DNA of 62,860 bases, from IMG/VR virus record IMGVR_UViG_3300023108_000024, positions 1 to 62,860 of that record, one strand, 5' to 3'. The notes under the pieces were generated by a model. The model was given only the letters and a program-made list of their open reading frames with translations, was not told the origin of the DNA and made no database searches. Positions 27,458-37,159 of the stretch are shown piece by piece. The translations under genes and the position numbers were made by a program. The stretch comes from a virus (lineage: Duplodnaviria; Caudoviricetes). The number at the start of each line of letters is the position of its first letter. Position 1 is the first letter of the stretch.

Positions 27458-28306
27458 ATGAGTCATTCGGGCGATAAGACACTTTTAGACAATAAAAGAA
27501 ATAATTTAAATCTTCACAGGTCTGAAGTAAAAAAACTTCTGCCTGCTTACTTTCAAGATGATTATCCTAAGCTAATTCGTTTATTGGAACTATACTATGA
27601 GTGGTTAGATAAGCAGGATGGCTTTGAAGATAAGATACACAGACTAAATGAAAAAAGAGATGTAACTATTGTTTCAGAATCTTTGCTTGAATTTTTAGAA
27701 GATGAATTATTATTAGGTAATGCCTACTTTGGTGGTTTCCTCAATAAAAGAGAAGCCATAAAATTTAGTAATCTTTTATATCGTTCTAAAGGTACTAAGT
27801 ATTCCATTGAACAATTTTTTAGGGGATTCTTTGGTGTAGACCCGGTAATCATTTATCCTAAAGAAAGTATTTTCAAAGTTGGACCTGAAATTGATTATGA
27901 ATTAAATGCCACAAATACTAACGGCGAACAGATTAAGCAACCTGCTTCAACACTCGGACCCGAATCCTTTAAATATATTACTGATGATAAATTATATCAA
28001 GTACTTTCAATTTTGATTAGGGTTAATATTCCTATTGATCAGTGGGTAGATGTTTATAAACTCTTTGCTCATCCAGCAGGTTTTTATATTGGATCAGAGG
28101 TTCTCATTGAAGTTGTAAATGAAAACTGGGATTATGATGGTGATACCAATGTTGGCCTATTTACACCATTCTCTGAAGAAGAGGGTATAAGTTATACTAT
28201 GGAATTTGGTCCAGGCGAAGAACTTACTACATTTACAGCATCTACATCAATTGCTACTACCCAGCCTGATGCCTATGTAAGTGTAACAACAATCGAGGAA
28301 GAATAA
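27458..28306 (+). CDS. 7: Baseplate wedge gp7-like protein
   Basis: LPAYFQDDYPKLIRLLELYYEWL, YRSKGTKYSIEQFFR, HPAG. Confidence 0.75.
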   Translation: MSHSGDKTLLDNKRNNLNLHRSEVKKLLPAYFQDDYPKLIRLLELYYEWLDKQDGFEDKIHRLNEKRDVTIVSESLLEFLEDELLLGNAYFGGFLNKREAIKFSNLLYRSKGTKYSIEQFFRGFFGVDPVIIYPKESIFKVGPEIDYELNATNTNGEQIKQPASTLGPESFKYITDDKLYQVLSILIRVNIPIDQWVDVYKLFAHPAGFYIGSEVLIEVVNENWDYDGDTNVGLFTPFSEEEGISYTMEFGPGEELTTFTASTSIATTQPDAYVSVTTIEEE

Positions 28307-28881
28307 TGGGATTCCGAAGACAAGTTGTATATCAAAAAATTGATGATCTTGAAAATTATGGCTTGGAAGCTTTTGAAGGTTTTGATCTTGAAGAACTCTT
28401 TGATCCTAGTGGTGTAACCTTTGATGATAGTGATACAAATTCCGATGCGGAATTTAGTGATGCTGTGTTTATGGATGAGGATGATTATGGAAACGGTTTT
28501 TATGACAGTGTTGCAGCCCAGATAACATCATTAGTAAATGGTGCTACATCATTGCCTGAACGCTGGACCTTTTTACAGGAATTGGTGGGTATATACCAAA
28601 AAGCTGATATTACAAATACAGCAACAGTAAGTACAAATGATGTGCAGGCTATTTTAAATTTTAAAGCTGGTAATAACTCTAATACATTTGAACAAGATAA
28701 TTGGATAAGAAAACATATTTTACCCTACAATACTTTATCACAACCAAGTGTTTTGACTTCTAGGTTTGATCAAAATAAATGGTATACAAAATATGATAGT
28801 ATAAATGATTTTGATTCTATAGGTAGAGCATTAGTTGGTACAGATTCCATAGGATATCACGGAATTACTCAGTGGTGGTAG
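28306..28881 (+). CDS. Acidic hypothetical virion protein
   Basis: TAATG-coupled to the gp7-like gene; Asp-rich. Confidence 0.65.
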   Translation: MGFRRQVVYQKIDDLENYGLEAFEGFDLEELFDPSGVTFDDSDTNSDAEFSDAVFMDEDDYGNGFYDSVAAQITSLVNGATSLPERWTFLQELVGIYQKADITNTATVSTNDVQAILNFKAGNNSNTFEQDNWIRKHILPYNTLSQPSVLTSRFDQNKWYTKYDSINDFDSIGRALVGTDSIGYHGITQWW

Positions 28882-28889
28882 TATAAATA
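28882..28889 (+). promoter_or_regulatory. T4-type late promoter
   Basis: Intergenic TATAAATA. Confidence 0.8.
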
Positions 28890-28916
28890 ATACAAAGAAA
28901 ATTGGTAGGCAGATAA

Positions 28917-29894
28917 ATGGCTAGACAAATTATTAACACAGGTACAGTTGCTAATGATGGCACAGGTGATACATTACGTGTTGCTGGTACCAAAATAAAT
29001 GAAAACTTTGCTGAGTTGTATTCGACCGTTGGTGGTGACGTTGGTGGATCAACAAGATTAACCGATAGTGGTGTTACCTTCTTGGGATTATCATACAATA
29101 CAAGACTTGGTTTTGTTGAAGGCACATCACTTGTATCTATTGACCTGCCAAATACTGGTGGTACATTATTAGTTGATACGGCAACACAGACAATTACTAA
29201 TAAAACCATTAGTGCGGATGATAATGATATATCCGGTTTGCCAGCTTCTAGTTTTGTAATTACTAATGGTTCTGGAGTTGTTGATGGTGCAGCTTCTGCC
29301 AAAGCAATTCCTTCTGGTGCTGTGGTTGGTACGACCGATACACAAACCATAACCAATAAAACACTTACTAGTCCGACAATTTATAGACCCAATATTCAAC
29401 AGTCTCTAAGAGATTCTGCAGGATCTGACATTATTAGATTTGTAACAGTAGGTTCGGCTAATTCAATTCAGGTTTCTAATGCAGCAACAAGTAATAAACC
29501 AAAAATTGCTGCTGTTGGTAGTGATACTAACGTAGGCCTAGATATTAATGCTAAGGGCACTGGACAAATTAATCTTAATTCATCTTTAGTATTGGGTAAT
29601 AATTCTATTGATTCTGCTGCTCCTACACTAGCGGCATATATGAAATCCCCCCTTACTATTTTTAATCACAGTGCATCAATTGCCGCAACCATGCCAAATG
29701 GTACTACAGTAGGTCAAAAGAAAACCTTTGTCAATAAAAACACAGGCACGGCAACAATTACTAAGACAGGTAGTAACTTAGGACCACATAATACATTTGC
29801 TGTAGCAAGGTATGGATCAGCTTCATTAGTGTGGGATGGAACTGAATGGATAGTTCTTAACGATCCAACATCTACATACTTAACATTTACATAA
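28917..29894 (+). CDS. 9: Baseplate wedge/tail-fibre connector (gp9/gp10 N-terminal family)
   Basis: MARQIINTGTVANDGTGDTLRVAGTKINENFAELY; TQTITNKT repeats. Confidence 0.75.
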   Translation: MARQIINTGTVANDGTGDTLRVAGTKINENFAELYSTVGGDVGGSTRLTDSGVTFLGLSYNTRLGFVEGTSLVSIDLPNTGGTLLVDTATQTITNKTISADDNDISGLPASSFVITNGSGVVDGAASAKAIPSGAVVGTTDTQTITNKTLTSPTIYRPNIQQSLRDSAGSDIIRFVTVGSANSIQVSNAATSNKPKIAAVGSDTNVGLDINAKGTGQINLNSSLVLGNNSIDSAAPTLAAYMKSPLTIFNHSASIAATMPNGTTVGQKKTFVNKNTGTATITKTGSNLGPHNTFAVARYGSASLVWDGTEWIVLNDPTSTYLTFT

Positions 29895-29904
29895 GAGATA
29901 AACC

Positions 29905-31425
29905 ATGGTAGCAATTATTACTAAAAAATTAAAAAAACTTTTTATACAGGATTTGCTTGATCAATACAATGTTGAAAACATTGGTGATTCAAATAATTAC
30001 TATTACATTGGTTTAAGTAAATCTCAACCATATAATATAGAAATTGGGGGTACAAACTCAGTATATGATCCTGATCCATCTGATTGGGATGAACGTAGTT
30101 TTAGAATGTCTCTTCAATCTGTAAAATTAGCCGAAGCTGTATCATTTGTAGTACCTATTGAAACCTGGAGTACTAATACTAAGTATTTTCAATATGCTGA
30201 TAATCTTCAACAGGACCCAAGATTTTATGTACGTACAAATGATAACAATGTATATGTTTGTATTAGGCATGGTAAAAACGCGGTTGGTACACATGTTGAA
30301 TCAACGGTAAAACCTGATCATACTGATACCACATTGCCTATTGAGTCTGATGGATATGTATGGAAATATCTTTATACTATTACAACAACTGATGCTAACA
30401 ACTATCTTACTGATACGTGGATGCCCGTAAAGTATGTTGATTCTGCAGCTGCTACTGCACCTGAAGCTCCACAAAAAGCTGTACAGGATGCAGCCATTGC
30501 AGGGCAAATTATTGGGTATAGAGTCGTTGCTAATCAAGCTGGTGCTGCAGCACAATATTCACAAGCACCATCTTTGACTGTAGTTGGAAATGGTTCTGGT
30601 GCAACTGCAAGACCTATTATGTCAGCAACTTCAGGAAACGCAACTATTGTGGCGGTTGAGGTAGGAGACTCAGCTAATGCAGGAGCAACTGGTTATGGTA
30701 GTTTGTCAACCTATATGGGTAGTAATTACAAATATGCCAATGTTGAGGTAGATAATACTTACTTGGTTTCTGGTGCTGCACCTACAATTTATCCTGTATT
30801 CGCTCAAGACTCTGGTATGGGAGCCGATCCCACAGTTGATCTTAAAACTAGAGCTATTATGTTTAACGTTAAACCCACTGGCACTCAAAATAGCAAGTTC
30901 GTAATTGACCAAAATTACAAACAAATTGGTCTTATTAAAAATCCAAGACAATATGGTTCAAATAATTTATTTACAAATGCTGAAGGCCTTGGTCTTAAAA
31001 AATTAAGAATTAGTCCAAAGCCAGCAGGAGCCGTTGGAGATCCATCTACTGGATATGCATTAACATTTAGTGATAATACACTTATTAATCAAACCACTGG
31101 CACAAATGCCGGTGCCAAAGCTTATTTAACATGGTATGATGATTCAGATACATTATGGTACCATCAAGACGAATATACAGGATTTACACCATTTGATTCT
31201 GGTGAAACTATTACTATTGATGGTAACAATGACCTAAGTACGACATCTATTTTTGGTATCTATAACACTGATACCCTACCAGCAGGTGCAGGCGCAAATG
31301 GATATACATCATTTAATCCTGATATAGATAATTACTCTGGTGAAGTACTTTTCATTAACAACCAACCTGCAACTACACGTAACAGACTTGGTACTGAAGA
31401 CATCAAACTTGTAATACAACTTTAA
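29905..31425 (+). CDS. 8: Baseplate wedge gp8
   Basis: YYIGLSKSQP, FYV...NVYVCI, DGYVWKYLYTI, QIGLIKNP, SGEVLFINN...EDIKLVIQL. Confidence 0.88.
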   Translation: MVAIITKKLKKLFIQDLLDQYNVENIGDSNNYYYIGLSKSQPYNIEIGGTNSVYDPDPSDWDERSFRMSLQSVKLAEAVSFVVPIETWSTNTKYFQYADNLQQDPRFYVRTNDNNVYVCIRHGKNAVGTHVESTVKPDHTDTTLPIESDGYVWKYLYTITTTDANNYLTDTWMPVKYVDSAAATAPEAPQKAVQDAAIAGQIIGYRVVANQAGAAAQYSQAPSLTVVGNGSGATARPIMSATSGNATIVAVEVGDSANAGATGYGSLSTYMGSNYKYANVEVDNTYLVSGAAPTIYPVFAQDSGMGADPTVDLKTRAIMFNVKPTGTQNSKFVIDQNYKQIGLIKNPRQYGSNNLFTNAEGLGLKKLRISPKPAGAVGDPSTGYALTFSDNTLINQTTGTNAGAKAYLTWYDDSDTLWYHQDEYTGFTPFDSGETITIDGNNDLSTTSIFGIYNTDTLPAGAGANGYTSFNPDIDNYSGEVLFINNQPATTRNRLGTEDIKLVIQL

Positions 31426-31434
31426 AGGTATAAC

Positions 31435-34400
31435 ATGGCTACTCAATATACACAAACTACATTTTTAAGTCAGTATAATGATGACTATCGAGACAGTGAT
31501 CACTTTCATCGTATATTGTTTAATAACGGTCGTGCTTTGCAGGCTCGTGAACTTACTCAGATGCAGACCATTATTCAATCTGAGATTGCACGTATTGCAA
31601 CATATCTTTTTAATGAAGGTGCAATTCTTAATACTAACGTAAGCCTTGCATCTGGTCCCAATGAAGGCGCCTTTACATTTATTAAATTAGACAACCTTTC
31701 AAACATTGCAACGCCATCAGCCTTAGTTGGTACAGAAATTACAGATGGCACATTATATGCAACTGTAAAGGCTGTTATACCATCAGAAACCGTAACTCGT
31801 AATGGTGTGGTAGTTACAGACCCTGATACACTTATTGTAAAAATGGGTAAGGGTGAACCAAACGTTGATACGTCATCTACAACTCCTGAACTTAATTCTT
31901 TAAGATTCCAAGCAGGTGCCACTATTACAACAGATGAGGGATCGGTAACTATAAAAGTTGGTACCGATGTTGTGGGCACTTGTACTCTTATTGATACTCC
32001 TCGTTTTGAATCATTTGCTGCTGGCCATATGATTATGGTTGAAGCCCAAACTTTAGTTATTGATAAGTATTCTCCTACAGGATCAGGTATTGTTGGTTTT
32101 AGAGTAAATGAAGAAATAATTACTTCTGGCGACAATGTAGCTCTATATGATAATTCAGGTACCACACCAAACCTCACATCACCTGGTGCCGACAGATATA
32201 AAATTACTCTTACATTAGGTCTTAAATCACAAGCACCTGCAGGTTCTACATTCTTTGAACTATATCATGTAACCAAAGGATTGTTTACTCTTGTAAAAAC
32301 AAAAGACAATAATCTAAATTATGTTGGCGATCTAATAAATCAACGTACAAAATCAATAAGTGGTAATTTTATTGAAAGAAATACAAGTGGAGAATTAAGC
32401 CTTACTGTAGAAAATGATTCTACCGATGATAATTATTTGGTATATTCAGTTACAGGCGGTACTGCATTTATTGAAGGTCAAAAGATTACACGTAAGTTTT
32501 TTAACACACAACGTGTTGAAAAACCAAGATCTCTTGTAAACGACATTCACACAGAAACCAATGAATTTGTTTCGGCACGCTATGGTAGTTATTTCCTTGC
32601 AGATAGTGCCTGGGGACTTCTTGGTAAAATAGATGATTATTCTGTTGTTAATTTATACACCATTGACAAGACCGGATCAAATCAATATCAACTTAGTTCT
32701 TTTGATTCAGCTGCTGGTGTAAACATTGGTACAGCAAGAATTAGACAAATCGATGAATATAACAATCAATATAGAATTCATGTTTTTGATGTAAGAATTA
32801 CCGATGCTCAAAAGGGTATTAAAGATGTAATATCATTAGGTACAGATTCTGATAACCATGCTAACCTAGTATCTGTTTTGGGATCTACTGACATCTATGA
32901 CAGAGCCGATGATAATCTGTTGTTCCCTTTAACAAGGGATAGAGTACAGACTATTTCTAATCTAACTACTACTATTGGTGTAATAAAAACCGATACTACA
33001 AGTGGTGCTGGTGTTGCAACAAATATTAACTCTACCGGTAGTAATACTCTTACTGATGCTGAGCAATGGCTGATTACAGTAGACAGCAGTGGAGAAATTT
33101 TCTCTGAAGCAGCTATTACCATTGCTGGAGATGGTCTATCTGCTTCTATAAGTGGGTTGCCATTTAACTCAGCTATTACAGTATTGGCATATGAAAATAC
33201 AACACTAACACAAAAAGTCAAAACAATTTCTGCCAACACAACTGAGGCTGGTCTTTCTTTAAATTCAGACAATGAATTTAAACTTAACAAGGTTGACATT
33301 TATAAATTCATTAGTATTACAGATGATACATCTGGTGAAGATATAATGTATAAATTCCTAAAAGACAATGGTCAAAGAGACAACTTCTATTGTGCAGGTG
33401 GCGGTAAATTAAAGGCAGGAGTTTCAGCACCTGCAGGTACCATTACAGTTGTATATCAATATTTTGATCATGGTGCAGCACCTTCTGGATCTGGGTATTT
33501 TGGTGGTAAGGCTTCCTATCCAAGTCTTACATATGATAAAGTGCCTGTTTATACTACATCTACTGGCATTAAACAAAGACTTACCGATGTTATTGATATG
33601 AGACCTATTCAAGATCCAGTATCTGGTAACTTTGATACCGGTCAAGCCAGAATTGAACGCATACCGCGCAACACAGATACATTAACTATAGGCACTGCGG
33701 AATATTGGAAACCAAGAGTTGATATGATAACAATGGCACCTGACGGTAGGTTGCATTCTCATCAAGGCACATCAAGCTTTAGACTCTTAGAACCTAGAGA
33801 TATTGATCCAACCCATATGATATTGCATAAGGTTACATTGGCTCCATATACCATTGACCATAAAGATCTTAACACATATACTTATGACAATCGTGGCTTT
33901 AAAATGTCCGACATAAGAAGTATGGAACGTAGACTGACTAATATTGAGGCTATATCGACCCTAAGTCAGACCGAATGGAAACTTTCTCAACTAACAGTGT
34001 ATGACCCCGACAATCCAACTGATGTCAGACAGACTGAGGGTCTATCGGGTGATGGATTTAACAACCTTGCACAGACCTCATGGGATGATGATGATAATAG
34101 ATCAGCTGTTTATACTGGTTATGGTATTTTGGCTCCTTTGCAATTTAAGAGACAAATCGGCACCACTTATGATTCAGATGCATCTTCTGATGTAATAAGA
34201 AAAGGAGATACAATCTGGCCAGTATATACAGAAACCGTTGCTGACTGGAGTATGGATTCTGCTACCAGTTATATTGCAGTAAATCAATTTGAAACTGGTA
34301 GAACAATTGGTGTTGGAGAGTTAACACCACAGGCCGATATCTGGACTGAAAGAAGGAAAGTAGATGAAAATTATATCTCCGAGCAAGAGGAATCATTTAT

Positions 34401-34509
34401 TGATCCAGATGGAGTAACAGTAACCATAAGTAACTCGGTTGGGTTTACGCAACCTTCAGGACCGCCGCCAATGTTTAACGGAGAGCAGCTACCGTCCTAT
34501 CACCGGTAA
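31435..34509 (+). CDS. DUF4815-type large virion structural protein, N-terminal part
   Basis: YNDDY...FHRILFNNGRALQARELTQMQTIIQ, SPGADRYKI, MSDIRSMERRLTNIE. Confidence 0.8.
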   Translation: MATQYTQTTFLSQYNDDYRDSDHFHRILFNNGRALQARELTQMQTIIQSEIARIATYLFNEGAILNTNVSLASGPNEGAFTFIKLDNLSNIATPSALVGTEITDGTLYATVKAVIPSETVTRNGVVVTDPDTLIVKMGKGEPNVDTSSTTPELNSLRFQAGATITTDEGSVTIKVGTDVVGTCTLIDTPRFESFAAGHMIMVEAQTLVIDKYSPTGSGIVGFRVNEEIITSGDNVALYDNSGTTPNLTSPGADRYKITLTLGLKSQAPAGSTFFELYHVTKGLFTLVKTKDNNLNYVGDLINQRTKSISGNFIERNTSGELSLTVENDSTDDNYLVYSVTGGTAFIEGQKITRKFFNTQRVEKPRSLVNDIHTETNEFVSARYGSYFLADSAWGLLGKIDDYSVVNLYTIDKTGSNQYQLSSFDSAAGVNIGTARIRQIDEYNNQYRIHVFDVRITDAQKGIKDVISLGTDSDNHANLVSVLGSTDIYDRADDNLLFPLTRDRVQTISNLTTTIGVIKTDTTSGAGVATNINSTGSNTLTDAEQWLITVDSSGEIFSEAAITIAGDGLSASISGLPFNSAITVLAYENTTLTQKVKTISANTTEAGLSLNSDNEFKLNKVDIYKFISITDDTSGEDIMYKFLKDNGQRDNFYCAGGGKLKAGVSAPAGTITVVYQYFDHGAAPSGSGYFGGKASYPSLTYDKVPVYTTSTGIKQRLTDVIDMRPIQDPVSGNFDTGQARIERIPRNTDTLTIGTAEYWKPRVDMITMAPDGRLHSHQGTSSFRLLEPRDIDPTHMILHKVTLAPYTIDHKDLNTYTYDNRGFKMSDIRSMERRLTNIEAISTLSQTEWKLSQLTVYDPDNPTDVRQTEGLSGDGFNNLAQTSWDDDDNRSAVYTGYGILAPLQFKRQIGTTYDSDASSDVIRKGDTIWPVYTETVADWSMDSATSYIAVNQFETGRTIGVGELTPQADIWTERRKVDENYISEQEESFIDPDGVTVTISNSVGFTQPSGPPPMFNGEQLPSYHR

Positions 34510-34529
34510 CACCATTAAGGAAATAAAAA

Positions 34530-35261
34530 ATGAGTCATGGATACTATAAAAATAAAACGGTTACTACCTATTCTGATGAAAATATAGGCTTTGATCAGAT
34601 CTCAATTCAGAGACCTCAGTTTATCTATTTTGAATTCGAGGGGCTAAGACCAAACATACCGCATTATTTTTTCTTTGGTGGTAAAAATGTTACTACTTAT
34701 GTAAAGACAGGTGTTGCCAAAACCACATTTACTAATGCAGGAAGAAATTCTAAGTTAAAGGAACCTGGTGATTCATATATTAATGATACAGCATATCCTT
34801 CTGCTCAGGGCGGTCCCACGAGCTCAAATGGTGATGGTATCAAAACCGATAATACCGGAAAAATTTACGGGTTGTTTTATTTACAATCTAATAGTACACT
34901 TAATTGGCCCACAAAATATGATGGTACAGAATTTGTAGTAACTGATGTTGCAACAGCTGTCAAAGAAAATTCAACTTCATATGGAGTATCTAAATTTAGT
35001 GCATTTGGTCAGATACAAAATTACTGGGTCAAGACAAATGTAACTACAACTCCTATTTGGGTGGCTTACACACATTCACCAACTCCATCAGGTAGCAATA
35101 AAGATGATAATTATACAGCGCCATTATTGTCAGTAAGAGTTGGTAATAAATGGCATAATGCTTATACTGACACACAAGCCAAGGCATTAGAAGAAAAGCT
35201 TGTAAACGACGACAACGCTGTACAAGTATCCAGTAATGGCAGTTATGGTTGGGGTAATTAA
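34530..35261 (+). CDS. Virion structural protein (DUF4815/VrlC-like middle part)
   Basis: RPQFIYFEFEGLRPN..HYFFF.GKNV, KTDNTGKIYGLF. Confidence 0.6.
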   Translation: MSHGYYKNKTVTTYSDENIGFDQISIQRPQFIYFEFEGLRPNIPHYFFFGGKNVTTYVKTGVAKTTFTNAGRNSKLKEPGDSYINDTAYPSAQGGPTSSNGDGIKTDNTGKIYGLFYLQSNSTLNWPTKYDGTEFVVTDVATAVKENSTSYGVSKFSAFGQIQNYWVKTNVTTTPIWVAYTHSPTPSGSNKDDNYTAPLLSVRVGNKWHNAYTDTQAKALEEKLVNDDNAVQVSSNGSYGWGN

Positions 35262-36941
35262 ATGACTAGTCTTTTAAATATTACAGAAAAAAGAAATCCT
35301 GCGGCTCAAGTATTTAAGGTGCCAGAACCTACAGTTATTACCAAGATTGGTATTTTCTTTGCAAAGGCACATGCATCATTACCTATTACTCTTGAACTTA
35401 GACCAGTAACAGAAGGTGGGATTCCTTCTTCTCTTGAATTTGTTCCAGGTTCTAGAGTCACTATGCCAGCTTCTGCTTTTACTAATGCAAGTAGAACTTT
35501 TAATAAAAATACTGAAGTAGTATTTGAATTTAATAATCCTGTTTTAATACCACAACAAATGTATATGAGTTTCTGTCTTTACACTTCAGCTCCAATCGGT
35601 GCATATGAAATGTGGATTGCAGAAGGCGGAGAGTTTATCACAGGCACTAATACTAAGAAATATATTACATCTGCTGGTGGTGGTGGCTTCTATGGATCAT
35701 CAAATGATATTTCATGGGAAGCTGATAATAATAAAAACATTGCATTTAAGATATATAAAGCTCAATTTGAAACTGGTAAACAATTTAGAGCAAGAATTAA
35801 TACCAATATTCCCCCAGAAAAGAAACTAACAGAACTTACAAATATTGATAATAAAGCAAGATATACATATGATCCTTTATATTTCACACAAGGTGATGCT
35901 ACTCTAAAGGTAAACCATCCTGGACACGGATTTAGAGTTGGCGATAAAGTAGAATTATTTTCAGATGGTGTAAATAGTTTTGACAGTGCTGATACTATTA
36001 ATGGTGTAAGTGGTGCTGCTATCTTAGGTCCTCGAGTAATTAATGCTGTAGATCCATATGGGTATTCATTTGAAATGGATGCAGGTTCAAACCCAACTGA
36101 AACCATAAGAGCTGGTGGCACGGGTTTAAGTGCTACAGAGCAATATGAAATTGCTCAAATGTTATTTAACATACAATATACAACACCTCGAGGAACTGCA
36201 CTAAACACCGAAGCAAGTTTAACAACTACTTCCAGCTTTGCAGGTTCTGAAACTCCATATGTAAAACGTCAGGGGCTTTTGGTAGAACCTAATATTTTAT
36301 CACATTTGAAAAATCCATACGTTATTGCATCTAATGCTCAGGAGCAACCAACTACAGGAGATTCCGCTGGCGGTAGAGGTTTAAATGAATCTACATTATT
36401 TGATGTCTATATGGAAACTCAAGATCCAAACGTTGCACCATACTTTAATGCAGCTACATGTACACTTGACGCCACAAGCTTCTTTGTAGATTATCAGGAC
36501 TCCGCATCAACTGATGGTAGAAATTTAATTACTACTATACCATGGACATCTGAGACAGAACCTGATGGTGGTACCACTGCTTCTAAACATATTACTATAC
36601 CATATTTCTTAGAATATGCATCAGATTCATTAGTTGTATATGTTGATGCAAGCAGACCAGTAGGATCTGATTTCTCAGTTTGGTATAGAACATCTCAGGG
36701 TGGCGAAGACCATATTCATGAAAAGAATTGGGTTGAATTTAGTAAGGATGTAAAAAATGTAAAGGGTAAATCTTATTCAGAAATTTCTACCAATAGAAGT
36801 TATGATGAGTATAGTGAATATGCATTTGCATCATTTAACTTGACTTCATTTAAAGAGTATCAGATTAAAATTACTTTTAACACTAAAAACCAAGCACAAC
36901 CTCCTATCTTTAGAAACCTTAGAATTGTGGCAACTTCTTAA
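35262..36941 (+). CDS. Virion structural protein (DUF4815/VrlC-like C-terminal part)
   Basis: PAAQVF..ITKIGIFF..LPITLELR, FKIYKAQF, VNHPGHG, ending PPIFRNLRIVATS. Confidence 0.7.
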   Translation: MTSLLNITEKRNPAAQVFKVPEPTVITKIGIFFAKAHASLPITLELRPVTEGGIPSSLEFVPGSRVTMPASAFTNASRTFNKNTEVVFEFNNPVLIPQQMYMSFCLYTSAPIGAYEMWIAEGGEFITGTNTKKYITSAGGGGFYGSSNDISWEADNNKNIAFKIYKAQFETGKQFRARINTNIPPEKKLTELTNIDNKARYTYDPLYFTQGDATLKVNHPGHGFRVGDKVELFSDGVNSFDSADTINGVSGAAILGPRVINAVDPYGYSFEMDAGSNPTETIRAGGTGLSATEQYEIAQMLFNIQYTTPRGTALNTEASLTTTSSFAGSETPYVKRQGLLVEPNILSHLKNPYVIASNAQEQPTTGDSAGGRGLNESTLFDVYMETQDPNVAPYFNAATCTLDATSFFVDYQDSASTDGRNLITTIPWTSETEPDGGTTASKHITIPYFLEYASDSLVVYVDASRPVGSDFSVWYRTSQGGEDHIHEKNWVEFSKDVKNVKGKSYSEISTNRSYDEYSEYAFASFNLTSFKEYQIKITFNTKNQAQPPIFRNLRIVATS

Positions 36942-37159
36942 TGAAAAGAAATTTGATACCTATTGATAATCAACCAGATCTAGCTCGAGACGGAAAAACT
37001 GGGCTTATAGTTAATATAAATAAAGAGAAACACAATAGACGTCAGTTGATGAAACAAAAAGAAGCTGAACAGCGTGAAGAAATAGATGAAATAAAAAATG
37101 ATGTTCGTGATATAAAATTGATGTTGCAAAAACTATTAGAGAACGGTACAAATGGCTAA
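36941..37159 (+). CDS. Small conserved protein (coiled-coil C-terminus)
   Basis: LARDGKTGLIVNIN...EIDEIKNDVRDIKLMLQKLL, typically following this gene in T4-like aquatic phages. Confidence 0.75.
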   Translation: MKRNLIPIDNQPDLARDGKTGLIVNINKEKHNRRQLMKQKEAEQREEIDEIKNDVRDIKLMLQKLLENGTNG

